Origin: Prochlorococcus sp. AG-347-L19
Lineage (GTDB): Bacteria > Cyanobacteriota > Cyanobacteriia > PCC-6307 > Cyanobiaceae
DNA: 64,000 nt
Assembly (NCBI GenBank): GCA_003278895.1
Contig: QCCO01000002.1
Location: forward strand, 107,205 to 171,204
Direction: 5' to 3'
Position numbers and translations under genes: made by a program. The notes beneath the pieces were generated by a model that searched no databases, was not told the DNA's origin, and saw nothing but the letters and a program-made list of their open reading frames with translations. Below are positions 41,464 through 51,486 of the stretch, piece after piece; the first letter of the stretch is position 1, and every line of letters begins with the position of its first letter.

Positions 41464-42138
41464 ATGACTCTTAAAAATAAATCGATAGTAGTTTTATTAT
41501 CTGGAGGTTTAGATTCTTCTACAGTGACTGGTATCGCCAAAAAATCTGAAGCTAAAATTTTTGGCCTTTCATTTGACTATGGTCAACGTCATAAAAAAGA
41601 ATTAAACTCTGCATCAATAATTGCAAAACACTTTGATATCGAAGAATTTAAAATTATTAAGCTTGACTTATCTTTATGGGGAGGCTCGTCATTAACTGAT
41701 ACTCAAAAAAATATTCCAATAGAAGGAGTACAAAGTAATACAATTCCCAACACTTATGTTCCTGGGAGAAATACTATATTTATTTCCGTTGCACTAAGTT
41801 ATGCCGAAGCAATAGATGCTGATTTTATAGGATTAGGAGTTAATGCACTAGATTATTCTGGTTATCCAGATTGCAGACCTGACTACATTAAAAAATTTCA
41901 AGAGTTAGCAGATTTAGCCAATAAAAGAGGAAGAGAAAATAATCCAATAAAACTTTGGACACCTCTATTAGATTTAAATAAAGAGGAAATTATTAAAATA
42001 GCTTTTGATAATCATGTCCCTTTAGATAAAACATGGAGTTGTTATTCGGGCAATTCAAAACCATGCGGTAAGTGTGATAGCTGCAGAATTAGAAATGCCG
42101 CTTATGAAAAATGGCTGAAAAACAATAATAAAAAATGA
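41464..42138 (+). CDS. queC: 7-cyano-7-deazaguanine synthase
   Basis: SGGLDS, YVPGRN, GYPDCR, TWSCY, CGKCDSC. Confidence 0.96.
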   Translation: MTLKNKSIVVLLSGGLDSSTVTGIAKKSEAKIFGLSFDYGQRHKKELNSASIIAKHFDIEEFKIIKLDLSLWGGSSLTDTQKNIPIEGVQSNTIPNTYVPGRNTIFISVALSYAEAIDADFIGLGVNALDYSGYPDCRPDYIKKFQELADLANKRGRENNPIKLWTPLLDLNKEEIIKIAFDNHVPLDKTWSCYSGNSKPCGKCDSCRIRNAAYEKWLKNNNKK

Positions 42139-43451
42139 AAATAAAAAAAATAATTCTAGAAAAATGGATTGATCCAGCACTGATTACGCATCATCTAACA
42201 AAAAAATTCGGAGATAAAGGATTAGCTTGGCTAGACAGTGATGGCAAAGAAAATGGGGAATGGTCAATAATTGGAATTAAACCTAAAAAAATAATCCAAT
42301 CAAGAGATATAAATAACTTAGAAAAAACTAATAATCCATTTAATAATTTAAAAAATATTGAAAAAGGATTTTGGATCGGTTGGTTAAGTTATGAAGCTGG
42401 AGTTTTTATAGAACCCAAAAACCCATGGCGAAAATCTAATATGGCAACTTTATGGATCGCATCATATGATCCAATCATTAAATGTAATCTAATACAAAAA
42501 GAAATAATTATCGAAGGCACAAACTCATCTGAACTGATGAATTATAAAAACATAATCAACAATATTAAAAATATTGAAGAAGAAAATATTGTTAAAACAA
42601 ATTTGAATTTTGATTTTTCAAAAATCAATTTGGACGAAATGGCTGAAAAATTTCAGAAAAATATCCTTAAATTGAAAAAATTAATTTCCTTAGGGGATAT
42701 ATTTCAAGCAAACCTAACAACTAAATGCGAAATTGAATCTTCCAAAAACTATAATCCTCTAGATATTTATTTGAAAATACGAAGGAAATTAAGAGCTCCT
42801 TTTGGAGGAATAATAATAAATAATGATAATTATAAAGAGGCTGTATTATCTACCTCGCCGGAAAGATTTATAAAAATAGATAATAAAAATTTTGTAGAAT
42901 CAAGACCAATCAAAGGAACTAGATCCAGAGATAAGGATTTAAATCAAGACGCACTTAATGCTATCGATTTAATAACGAACGAAAAAGATAGAGCCGAAAA
43001 TATTATGATTGTTGACCTAATAAGAAATGATTTAAGTAAAGTTTGCGAAACAGGAAGTATTTTGGTGCCAGAAATATTAAAACTTGAAAGTTTCTTAAAA
43101 GTTCATCATCTAACATCAGTAATCAGAGGCAAATTAAAAAAAGACAAAAACTGGATTGATTTACTAAAAGCTTGTTGGCCTGGGGGCTCTATAACTGGAG
43201 CACCTAAATTAAGATCATGCCAGAGACTTTTTGAATTAGAAGAATGTGCACGCGGGCCATACTGTGGCTCATTTTTGAAGCTTGACTGGAATGGAGAGTT
43301 TGACAGCAATATACTAATAAGATCATTTTTAATTAAAGACAAAAAAATCAATATATATGCTGGCTGCGGAATAGTTATTGACTCAAACCCAGAAGATGAA
43401 ACTAATGAACTAAAGTGGAAACTTTTACCGTTAATTGATTCACTAAAATGA
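42135..43451 (+). CDS. pabB: aminodeoxychorismate synthase component I
   Basis: SPERF, PIKGT (PabB-type, not the TrpE PIAGT), ENIMIVDLIRNDL, PGGSITGAPK. Confidence 0.85.
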   Translation: MKIKKIILEKWIDPALITHHLTKKFGDKGLAWLDSDGKENGEWSIIGIKPKKIIQSRDINNLEKTNNPFNNLKNIEKGFWIGWLSYEAGVFIEPKNPWRKSNMATLWIASYDPIIKCNLIQKEIIIEGTNSSELMNYKNIINNIKNIEEENIVKTNLNFDFSKINLDEMAEKFQKNILKLKKLISLGDIFQANLTTKCEIESSKNYNPLDIYLKIRRKLRAPFGGIIINNDNYKEAVLSTSPERFIKIDNKNFVESRPIKGTRSRDKDLNQDALNAIDLITNEKDRAENIMIVDLIRNDLSKVCETGSILVPEILKLESFLKVHHLTSVIRGKLKKDKNWIDLLKACWPGGSITGAPKLRSCQRLFELEECARGPYCGSFLKLDWNGEFDSNILIRSFLIKDKKINIYAGCGIVIDSNPEDETNELKWKLLPLIDSLK

Positions 43452-44275
43452 TTGAAACATTAGGCTGGCACAAGGATCAATGGTTGGATATTGATAGAAT
43501 ATTTATTGCTGCTAATAATAGAGGATTAAAATTTGCTGATGGTATATTTGAAACTATTTTAATAAAAGAAAACAAACCTATTCTTTTTGATGAACATCTG
43601 AAAAGGTTAGAAAAAAGTAGCAAGATTTTAAATATTAATCTCGAAATAAATAAATTAACTTTGAGACAACTTATTCACGATGGAATTAGAAAATTATCGC
43701 TTAAAAATGATCAATTTGCTTCAGTAAGAATAAACTATAGTCGAGGAACTAATGAAGGTCGAACGCTAACAATTGATAGCACTTTAGAGATAAAAGATTT
43801 AGATAATTTATGGCTTGAGTTTTATAGAATCAAACCAAATTTTAATCCGATAAGCGTTTGCATTAGTCAAACAGAAAAAATAAATGAATTCAGTCTTATA
43901 AGTAAATGCAAAACCTTTTCATATAATCAGGCAATACAAGTTTTGACAGAAGCAAATAAAAAATCATTAGATGATTCTATCCTTTTGAATACGTCAGGTG
44001 AACTTTGTTGTGGAAGTACATTTAATCTTCTAATTAAAAGAAATAATCAATGGATAACTCCTAGAAAAGAGAGCGGCTGTTTAGAGGGGATTATGGTTTC
44101 TAAAGCTTTAAAATTGAAAGTTGTAAAAGAAGAATTAATTCCTCCAAAATTTCAAAATGATGACATAATAATTGCAATTAATAGCTTATCCTGCAGACAA
44201 ATTAATCAAGTTGATGATTTAAAGCTAAAATCTACATTCGATCCAATTTACTTTTGGGATTTATTATATAATTGA
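43448..44275 (+). CDS. aminotransferase class IV / probable aminodeoxychorismate lyase (PabC-like)
   Basis: RGLKFADGIFET, HLKRL, KTFSY, CLEGI, NSL; overlaps the pabB stop (ATGA). Confidence 0.8.
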   Translation: MIETLGWHKDQWLDIDRIFIAANNRGLKFADGIFETILIKENKPILFDEHLKRLEKSSKILNINLEINKLTLRQLIHDGIRKLSLKNDQFASVRINYSRGTNEGRTLTIDSTLEIKDLDNLWLEFYRIKPNFNPISVCISQTEKINEFSLISKCKTFSYNQAIQVLTEANKKSLDDSILLNTSGELCCGSTFNLLIKRNNQWITPRKESGCLEGIMVSKALKLKVVKEELIPPKFQNDDIIIAINSLSCRQINQVDDLKLKSTFDPIYFWDLLYN

Positions 44276-45063
44276 ACTTTATTAATATCTGGTAAATATA
44301 CATCAGATACTTTAGTTATATTGTTATTGACCTTACATTCAACAATTTTTCCAATAATGATAATTGATGGAGCTAAAAATTCTTCATCTTTGATTTTATC
44401 TGGAAGATTATCTAATTTCTCTATCAAACATTTTTGATTTTTTAAAGTTGCTTCTTGAATAACAGCGCATTTAGTATTCTTATCTAAACCACCTAGAATT
44501 AATTCTTTCACAATAAATTCAATATTTTTTATACCCATAAAAATTACTAAGCTATCTGATGACTTAGCTAAATCTCTCCAATTCACTGTCTTTTTTCCCT
44601 TATCTACACGCTCATGCCCAGTGACGAATGTTACGGAACTCGCAGCATCTCTATGGGTTAGTGGAATACCAAAATATGAAGGGGCAGCTATCCCAGAAGT
44701 AATACCAGGAACGATTTCAACTGAAATTCCATTTTTTTCTAAAATCGATACCTCTTCACCACCTCTAGAAAAAACGAATGGATCTCCCCCTTTAAGCCTT
44801 ACAACATTTTTGCCTTCTTTTGCTAATTTCAAAATAAGAGCATTAGTTTCTGCCTGAGGAACAGAACACTTCCCAGCTCTTTTACCTACATGATAAATTT
44901 CTGTATTTTTTCCTGCTTCTTTTGTTATTTCATCTGGAATTAAAGCATCATGAACTAATGCATCACAATTTTTTATTAAACGTAAAGCTTTAAGAGTTAA
45001 AAGCTCAGGATCACCAGGCCCTGCCCCAACTAAATAAACAATACCAGGCACATAAATCTCCAT
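44248..45063 (-). CDS. cobA: uroporphyrinogen-III C-methyltransferase
   Basis: VYLVGAGPGDPELLT, RLKGGDPFVFSRGGEE, VPGITS, PLTHR; start uncertain (45051-45069). Confidence 0.93.
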   Translation of the reverse strand: MEIYVPGIVYLVGAGPGDPELLTLKALRLIKNCDALVHDALIPDEITKEAGKNTEIYHVGKRAGKCSVPQAETNALILKLAKEGKNVVRLKGGDPFVFSRGGEEVSILEKNGISVEIVPGITSGIAAPSYFGIPLTHRDAASSVTFVTGHERVDKGKKTVNWRDLAKSSDSLVIFMGIKNIEFIVKELILGGLDKNTKCAVIQEATLKNQKCLIEKLDNLPDKIKDEEFLAPSIIIIGKIVECKVNNNITKVSDVYLPDINKVQLYNKSQK

Positions 45064-45093
45064 TAACAAGTATGGTAGTAAAAGTTAATCGCA

Positions 45094-46377
45094 ATGAAGG
45101 TAAATATTGTGAAAGAAAGTTTATTGAAACCAAACAAAAAATTTACTCTCCTGAGTGCTTTTGTCACTCTTCTAAATGATCGATTAAGTGAAAGTATACT
45201 GTTACCCATTTTACCCTCTTTTGTTTTACTTTTTGACTCTAGAGCTAGTACATACGGCTTATTATCATGCACTTACCAACTTGCGCAATTTACAGCTTCC
45301 CCTTTTATTGGACTTATGAGTGATAGGTACGGTAGAAGGCCTATCACTCTTTTTTGTATTACAGGCTCAATAATTGGAATATCCATATTATCTTTTACTG
45401 TTCTTTTTAATTGGTCAAATTCAATAGCCACTATCCCATTATTTTTATTGTTCTTAGCGAGACTAATTGACGGTTTAAGTGGAGGAACTGCAGCCACCGC
45501 AACAACTATTCTTGCAGATATTTCAAGTCCTGAAAAAAGAGCAAAAACATTTGGTCTTATTGGTGTAGCTTTTGGTTTAAGTTTTTTCTTAGGTAATATT
45601 TTCGTTGTAATATTTGCAAAAAATACAAATAATAACTTTATCATTCCAGTTTTAATAGCATCAATTATTCCAATAATAAATTTTCTTCTAGTTTTCTTTT
45701 ACTTGCCAGAAACAAAACCTAATAGTAACACTAATAAAACAAAAACTATTATTAAAAACCCTTTGAAAGAGCTATTTACAGTTTTCAAAGAAGAAAAGAT
45801 TAAAAAATTATCACTAGCCTTTTTTATTTACTTTATTGCTTTTACTGGATTAACCAACATCCTAATCTTTTTCCTACAAGAATCTTTAAACTGGACGACC
45901 AAAGCATCAAGCGGAACTCTTGTTGTAGTAGGAATTATTGCAATTATTGTTCAGGGAGGACTAATTGGACCTCTAGTCAAGCAATTTGGCGAAATGAAAT
46001 TAACCCTTATCGGATCAGGCTTTATTCTTGTAGCATGTTCACTTTTAATAACTGCTCCAAAAGAAAATGCAATAATTAATATTTATTCAGCTGTTTCATT
46101 TTTGGCAATTGGGGCGGGGTTAATTACGCCTACCTTGAGAGCACTAATATCAAAGAAATTAGACATTGATAAACAAGGATCAATTTTAAGTAACCTTCAG
46201 GGTCTTCAGAGTCTTGGAGGAGTTTTAGGAATTGCAATGGCGGGAAGGGTTTATGATAGTTTTGGTCCTAAGTCACCTTTTATAGCTGGTTCCGTTATCT
46301 TACTTTTCATGATATACCTTATTGCAGAGGGTAAAAATAATAATTCGTTTAAAAATCAAAAATCAAAAGTTTTTTAA
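45094..46377 (+). CDS. MFS transporter, TetA/DHA1-like
   Basis: GLMSDRYGRRP motif A, ARLIDG, about 12 hydrophobic segments, LPET. Confidence 0.9.
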   Translation: MKVNIVKESLLKPNKKFTLLSAFVTLLNDRLSESILLPILPSFVLLFDSRASTYGLLSCTYQLAQFTASPFIGLMSDRYGRRPITLFCITGSIIGISILSFTVLFNWSNSIATIPLFLLFLARLIDGLSGGTAATATTILADISSPEKRAKTFGLIGVAFGLSFFLGNIFVVIFAKNTNNNFIIPVLIASIIPIINFLLVFFYLPETKPNSNTNKTKTIIKNPLKELFTVFKEEKIKKLSLAFFIYFIAFTGLTNILIFFLQESLNWTTKASSGTLVVVGIIAIIVQGGLIGPLVKQFGEMKLTLIGSGFILVACSLLITAPKENAIINIYSAVSFLAIGAGLITPTLRALISKKLDIDKQGSILSNLQGLQSLGGVLGIAMAGRVYDSFGPKSPFIAGSVILLFMIYLIAEGKNNNSFKNQKSKVF

Positions 46378-48455
46378 TGAAAAGCCAGGCTGATGTTTTT
46401 ATTAATAGAGAACTAAGTTGGATTGAATTCAATAAAAGAGTACTCCTAACTGGTATGGAAAAGGAGTACAAAATACTAGATAAGGTGAAATTTTGTTCAA
46501 TTTTTAGTAATAATCTTGATGAATTTTTTATGGTAAGGGTAGCTTCATTAAAAGCTCAAGTTGAAGCAGGTATTACAAAAAAAAGTATTGATGGACTTAC
46601 CCCTAAAGAGCAACTAACAAAAATCAATAAAGAGGTAAAAAATTTAACTACCTTACAAGAAGACTATATAAATAATGAACTAAATAATGAATTAAAAGAA
46701 AAAGGTGTATTTTTAAAAAAATATAAGGACCTAAGTGAAAATCAAAGAAATTGGTGTAATAACTTCTTTACAACATCTATTTTCCCTTTATTAACTCCAT
46801 TAGTTGTTGATCCGGCACATCCATTTCCTTTTATAAGTAATTTAAGTCTAAATTTAGCAGCTTTAATTAAGGATGAGGAGGATTCTAAAAATCAGTTTGT
46901 CAGAGTAAAAATACCAACAAAAAATATACCCCGATTTATACGAATTCCCAATGAAATTACTCAACTTAGTAATGAAAGTTCTCACTATTTCATAAGTGTT
47001 GAAGATTTAATTGGGAATAATATAAATACTTTATTTAACGGAATGGAATGTATAAATTACTCTTTTTTTAGAGTGACAAGAGATGCAGATTTAGAATTAA
47101 AAGAACTTGAAGCTGATGATCTACTTATCGCCGTTGAACAAAGTTTGCAAAAAAGAAGATTAGGTGGAGACGTAGTTAGATTAGAAGTGGAGTCAGATAT
47201 GCCAGAAAATATTCTAAAGTTACTTATTGAAAGTATCTCAATACAGAAAGAATATATATACTTTTGCAAAAGTTTATTAGGCCTAGACGATTTAAATCAG
47301 CTTACAAAAATTAATAGAGATGATTTAAAAGAAAATCTACTAATTGGAAAAACTCACCCAGAATTAAAACATTTAGATTTGCCTTCAAACAAAAACCCTA
47401 ATTCTATTTTCAAGATACTTAGAAAAAAAAATATTCTGCTTCATCATCCCTATGAGTTATTTAAAACTTCAGTTGAAGAATTTATAAACAGAGCAGCTGA
47501 TGATCCCCTTGTAATGGCTATAAAAATTACTTTATATAGAGTTTCCCAAGATTCCCCTATCATTGCAGCTTTAATGAGAGCTGCAGAGAATGGGAAAGAA
47601 GTAATGACTCTTGTTGAACTAAAAGCTAGATTTGATGAAGACAATAATATTCAATGGGCAAAACAACTTGAACAAGCTGGAATTCATGTTGTGTATGGAA
47701 TCATCGGATTTAAAACACATACAAAAATTGCATTAACAGTAAGAAAAGAAAAAGGACGATTAAGAAATTATTTCCATATTGGAACAGGAAATTATAACTC
47801 TAATACTTCAAAGTTTTATACAGATTTAGGATTACTTTCAACGGATCCTGATATTGCATCTGATTTACTTGAGTTATTTAACTACTTATCTGGTTTTTCT
47901 AAACAAAAAAGTTATCAAAAGTTATTAGTTTCTCCCTCATCGATGAGAGAGAAATTTGTATTTCTGATAAAGAGAGAAATTAAAAATGCAGAGGAAGGCA
48001 AAAAAGCCGAAATAATTGCAAAAATGAATTCTTTAGTAGACCCAGAAATAATTAAACTTCTTTATTTAGCTTCCAACTCAGGTGTAAAAATTAGCCTCAT
48101 CATAAGAGGTATTTGTTGCCTATATCCCCAAAGAAAAAATTTAAGTGAAAATATTAAAGTTATAAGCATTATTGGCCATTTTCTTGAACACTCAAGAATT
48201 TTTTGGTTTTGTAATAACGGGGATAATGAGGTTTTTATAGGGAGTGCAGATTGGATGAGAAGAAATCTTGATAGAAGAATAGAAGCTGTTACTCCAATAG
48301 AGGATTATGAATTGAAATCTAAAATATATACGCTTTTGCAAACTTACATTAAAGATAATTACTTTTCTTGGATAATGAAAGATGATGGTTCTTATTCGAA
48401 ATATGAATTAGATTCATCGCAAAATCGTTCGCAAATTGACCTAATAGAAAAATAA
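46377..48455 (+). CDS. ppk1: polyphosphate kinase 1
   Basis: NRELSW, NLDEFFMVRV, HPFP, LLHHPY, ELKARFDE, KTHTK, GSADWMRRNL. Confidence 0.97.
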   Translation: MKSQADVFINRELSWIEFNKRVLLTGMEKEYKILDKVKFCSIFSNNLDEFFMVRVASLKAQVEAGITKKSIDGLTPKEQLTKINKEVKNLTTLQEDYINNELNNELKEKGVFLKKYKDLSENQRNWCNNFFTTSIFPLLTPLVVDPAHPFPFISNLSLNLAALIKDEEDSKNQFVRVKIPTKNIPRFIRIPNEITQLSNESSHYFISVEDLIGNNINTLFNGMECINYSFFRVTRDADLELKELEADDLLIAVEQSLQKRRLGGDVVRLEVESDMPENILKLLIESISIQKEYIYFCKSLLGLDDLNQLTKINRDDLKENLLIGKTHPELKHLDLPSNKNPNSIFKILRKKNILLHHPYELFKTSVEEFINRAADDPLVMAIKITLYRVSQDSPIIAALMRAAENGKEVMTLVELKARFDEDNNIQWAKQLEQAGIHVVYGIIGFKTHTKIALTVRKEKGRLRNYFHIGTGNYNSNTSKFYTDLGLLSTDPDIASDLLELFNYLSGFSKQKSYQKLLVSPSSMREKFVFLIKREIKNAEEGKKAEIIAKMNSLVDPEIIKLLYLASNSGVKISLIIRGICCLYPQRKNLSENIKVISIIGHFLEHSRIFWFCNNGDNEVFIGSADWMRRNLDRRIEAVTPIEDYELKSKIYTLLQTYIKDNYFSWIMKDDGSYSKYELDSSQNRSQIDLIEK

Positions 48456-48648
48456 AATTAATATTGATTTTTACAACATTTAAAAAAAACTTAATATTTT
48501 AAATTTTTTTTATTTTTTATTAAATCAGCTCATATCAATGGATTTCAAGAAATGAGCTTTAAAAAAAAATTTTTTGTCTTTAAAATTTCAACGTAAAAGT
48601 AGTTTTTATTTCAATTTCAGTGCTAGCTTTTTAAAAAATCCATTATTT

Positions 48649-48654
48649 AGGAGG
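48649..48654 (+). promoter_or_regulatory. Shine-Dalgarno site of the sigma factor gene
   Basis: AGGAGG 5-8 nt upstream of GTG 48660 / ATG 48663. Confidence 0.6.
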
Positions 48655-48662
48655 CCAGGGTG

Positions 48663-49682
48663 ATGGGGATCCCTCTGGAATCTACGAAAAGCTCTTCAGA
48701 TAATAATTTTGATGAGCCAAGATTACCAAACACTGCGGGCAAGTCTCGCAAATCGAAATCCAGTCTTACGGCAAAACAAAGCCAAAAAAAATCTGGCAGA
48801 CTCGCTTCAGATTCTATTGGCTATTACTTAAGTAGCATTGGAAGAGTACCTCTTTTGACTCCAGCGGAGGAAATAGAGTTAGCTCATCATGTTCAGAACA
48901 TGAAAAAGTTGCTGCAAATTCCTGAAACTGATAGATCACAACGAAATCTTTATCAAATTAAGATTGGCAAAAGAGCACGAGATAGAATGATGGCAGCTAA
49001 TCTAAGACTAGTTGTCTCCGTTGCAAAAAAATACCAAAACCAAGGCCTTGAATTATTAGACCTTGTCCAGGAAGGTGCTATTGGCCTTGAGAGAGCTGTA
49101 GATAAATTTGATCCTGCTATGGGATATAAATTCTCAACTTATGCTTACTGGTGGATTAGGCAAGGAATGACAAGAGCTATCGACAATAGTGCAAGAACGA
49201 TCCGTTTACCTATTCACATAAGTGAAAAACTATCCAAAATGAGAAGAGTCTCTAGAGAATTGTCCCATAAATTTGGTAGACAACCTACAAGATTAGAAAT
49301 GGCAACTGAGATGGGAATTGAGCAAAAAGATTTAGAAGATTTAATTTCGCAAAGTGCTCCTTGCGCCTCACTAGATGCTCATGCAAGAGGCGAAGAAGAC
49401 AGAAGTACTCTTGGCGAACTAATACCTGATCCAAACTGTGAAGAGCCCATGGAAGGTATGGATAGAACAATTCAAAAAGAACATTTGGGAACTTGGCTTT
49501 CTCAATTAAATGAAAGAGAACAAAAAATCATGAAACTAAGATTTGGCCTAGATGGTGCAGAACCACTAACACTTGCAGAAATAGGGAGACAAATTAATGT
49601 TTCACGAGAAAGAGTAAGACAGCTAGAGGCTAAAGCAATATTAAAACTTAGAGTAATGACAACACATCAAAAAGCAGCTTAA
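48663..49682 (+). CDS. group 2 sigma-70 RNA polymerase sigma factor
   Basis: YLSSIGRVPLLT, ANLRLVVSVAKKY, DLVQEG, YKFSTYAYWWIRQ, SRERVRQLE. Confidence 0.93.
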   Translation: MGIPLESTKSSSDNNFDEPRLPNTAGKSRKSKSSLTAKQSQKKSGRLASDSIGYYLSSIGRVPLLTPAEEIELAHHVQNMKKLLQIPETDRSQRNLYQIKIGKRARDRMMAANLRLVVSVAKKYQNQGLELLDLVQEGAIGLERAVDKFDPAMGYKFSTYAYWWIRQGMTRAIDNSARTIRLPIHISEKLSKMRRVSRELSHKFGRQPTRLEMATEMGIEQKDLEDLISQSAPCASLDAHARGEEDRSTLGELIPDPNCEEPMEGMDRTIQKEHLGTWLSQLNEREQKIMKLRFGLDGAEPLTLAEIGRQINVSRERVRQLEAKAILKLRVMTTHQKAA

Positions 49683-49687
49683 AAAAA

Positions 49688-50329
49688 TTGATAAAATTTT
49701 CCATAATTTTATTATATTTATTTTCCATTTTTTTAATATCAATAGTTTTTAAAAAATATAATGAAGATAGGAGAGAAATCGTAAGAAAAATAATACATAT
49801 TGGCATAGGACCATTAATTCCAATTGCACAATTTTTAAAAATTGATCAAAATTCAGCTCTGATTTTTACAGGAATTGTTTCGTTAATGGTTTTCATCAAT
49901 TACACATATAAATTATTGCCAGCAATTGAAGATATTGAGAGAAAGAGTTTTGGAACAATATTTTATTGTTTAAGTTTATTTATTTTGATTTATCTTTTCT
50001 GGGATAAAGATCCATATGCATTAATTACTGGATTTTTTATAATGACTTTTGGTGATGGATTAGCTGGGTTAATAGGAAAAAGCTTTAACTCAAAAAGTTG
50101 GATTTTTTTTAGACAAAAAAAATCTTTATTAGGCACTATGACAATGTTTTTTACAAGCCTAATAGTAGTTTCCTCAATAGGATACACCCAACAAAATAGT
50201 TTAAGTTTAAATTATTTTACAATAGCTTTTTTTGCGACTTTACTCGAACAATTTAGTATTTTAGGAATAGATAATTTCATTGTTCCAATTTCTTCAGCAT
50301 TAATTTTTAATTTTTTTATAACTAACTGA
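49688..50329 (+). CDS. phytol/dolichol kinase-like membrane protein
   Basis: RKIIHIGIG, GDGLAGLIG, KKSLLG, GIDNF. Confidence 0.85.
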   Translation: MIKFSIILLYLFSIFLISIVFKKYNEDRREIVRKIIHIGIGPLIPIAQFLKIDQNSALIFTGIVSLMVFINYTYKLLPAIEDIERKSFGTIFYCLSLFILIYLFWDKDPYALITGFFIMTFGDGLAGLIGKSFNSKSWIFFRQKKSLLGTMTMFFTSLIVVSSIGYTQQNSLSLNYFTIAFFATLLEQFSILGIDNFIVPISSALIFNFFITN

Positions 50330-51389
50330 GTGAATCGTATAAAATAGCTAATAATCCTTTTGTAGTTTCTATATCTATGCATGCATCTGTAATGCTTCTG
50401 CCAAACTGGAGATTCTCTTTTTTTACAAGTTTTTGATTACCTTCCTTCAAATGACTTTCAAGCATAACTCCTAAAATATTTTTTTCACCATTACTTATTT
50501 GAGAAGCTATATTTTTTAGCACTTTGGACTGTTTTCGGAAGTCTTTATTAGAATTTCCATGACTACAATCAATCATTACTTTATGGGGCAGATTATATTG
50601 CCTTAATTCGGCTGAAATCCTTTTCACATGATCATTCTCAAAATTTGGGCCTTTTGAACCGCCCCTTAAAACTATATGTCCATCAGGATTACCTGTAGTG
50701 TTTACAATAGACGCCATTCCATTTTCATTTACACCTAAAAAATGATGCGATTTTGAAGCTGAGTGCATTGCATTAATCGCAGTAGTAAAAGAACCATCAG
50801 TTCCATTTTTAAAGCCAATAGGCATTGATAATCCTGATGCCATTTCCCTATGAGTTTGACTCTCAGTAGTCCGAGCACCTATGGCTGTCCAACTTATTAA
50901 ATCGGCAATATATTGAGGAACAATTGGATCTAGTAATTCTGTGGCAGATGGAATGCCACGCGTGGCTAGATATGAAAGCAAACTTCTTGCCCTTCTTAAA
51001 CCAGTATTAATATCATAAGAATTATCTAGATGAGGATCATTTATCAATCCCTTCCAACCAATAGTAGTTCTTGGCTTCTCAAAATATACTCGCATAATTA
51101 TTTCTAATTTATCTTTATAAATTTCTCGAAAATTTTGAATATATTGTGAATATTCCTTTGCCGCCTCTAGATCATGAATCGAACATGGACCCACAATTAC
51201 TAAAAGCTTTTGATCATTATTATGCAAAACATTTTGTATCGATCTTCTTGCTTTAGATACTGTACTAGCAGAGGCTTGATCTAAAGGTATATCATTATGT
51301 AATCTGCTTGGAGGTATTAATGGACGTGTTTCAACAACATGCAAATCTGATGTCTTTTCTAAAGCTGAATTATTTGATGAAGTCGTCAT
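50322..51389 (-). CDS. aroG: class I-alpha DAHP synthase
   Basis: GPCSIHD, RVYFEKPRTTIGWKG, IGARTTESQTHRE, DCSHGNS, SITDAC. Confidence 0.92.
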   Translation of the reverse strand: MTTSSNNSALEKTSDLHVVETRPLIPPSRLHNDIPLDQASASTVSKARRSIQNVLHNNDQKLLVIVGPCSIHDLEAAKEYSQYIQNFREIYKDKLEIIMRVYFEKPRTTIGWKGLINDPHLDNSYDINTGLRRARSLLSYLATRGIPSATELLDPIVPQYIADLISWTAIGARTTESQTHREMASGLSMPIGFKNGTDGSFTTAINAMHSASKSHHFLGVNENGMASIVNTTGNPDGHIVLRGGSKGPNFENDHVKRISAELRQYNLPHKVMIDCSHGNSNKDFRKQSKVLKNIASQISNGEKNILGVMLESHLKEGNQKLVKKENLQFGRSITDACIDIETTKGLLAILYDSLS

Positions 51390-51486
51390 TGATTAATTAA
51401 GAAGTTTGAATTTTTAAAAAAGCATTTATGAATACTCTCCTTTTCAATATTAAAAATAACAATAGATTAGGCATTAAACCTTACTA

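Noticed and set aside
40780-42138. queE/queC as a 7-deazaguanine DNA-modification (dpd) defence system
   Set aside because: No dpdA or TGT-like paralog, helicase or nuclease is adjacent; the pyrG-pabB context fits ordinary queuosine tRNA modification.
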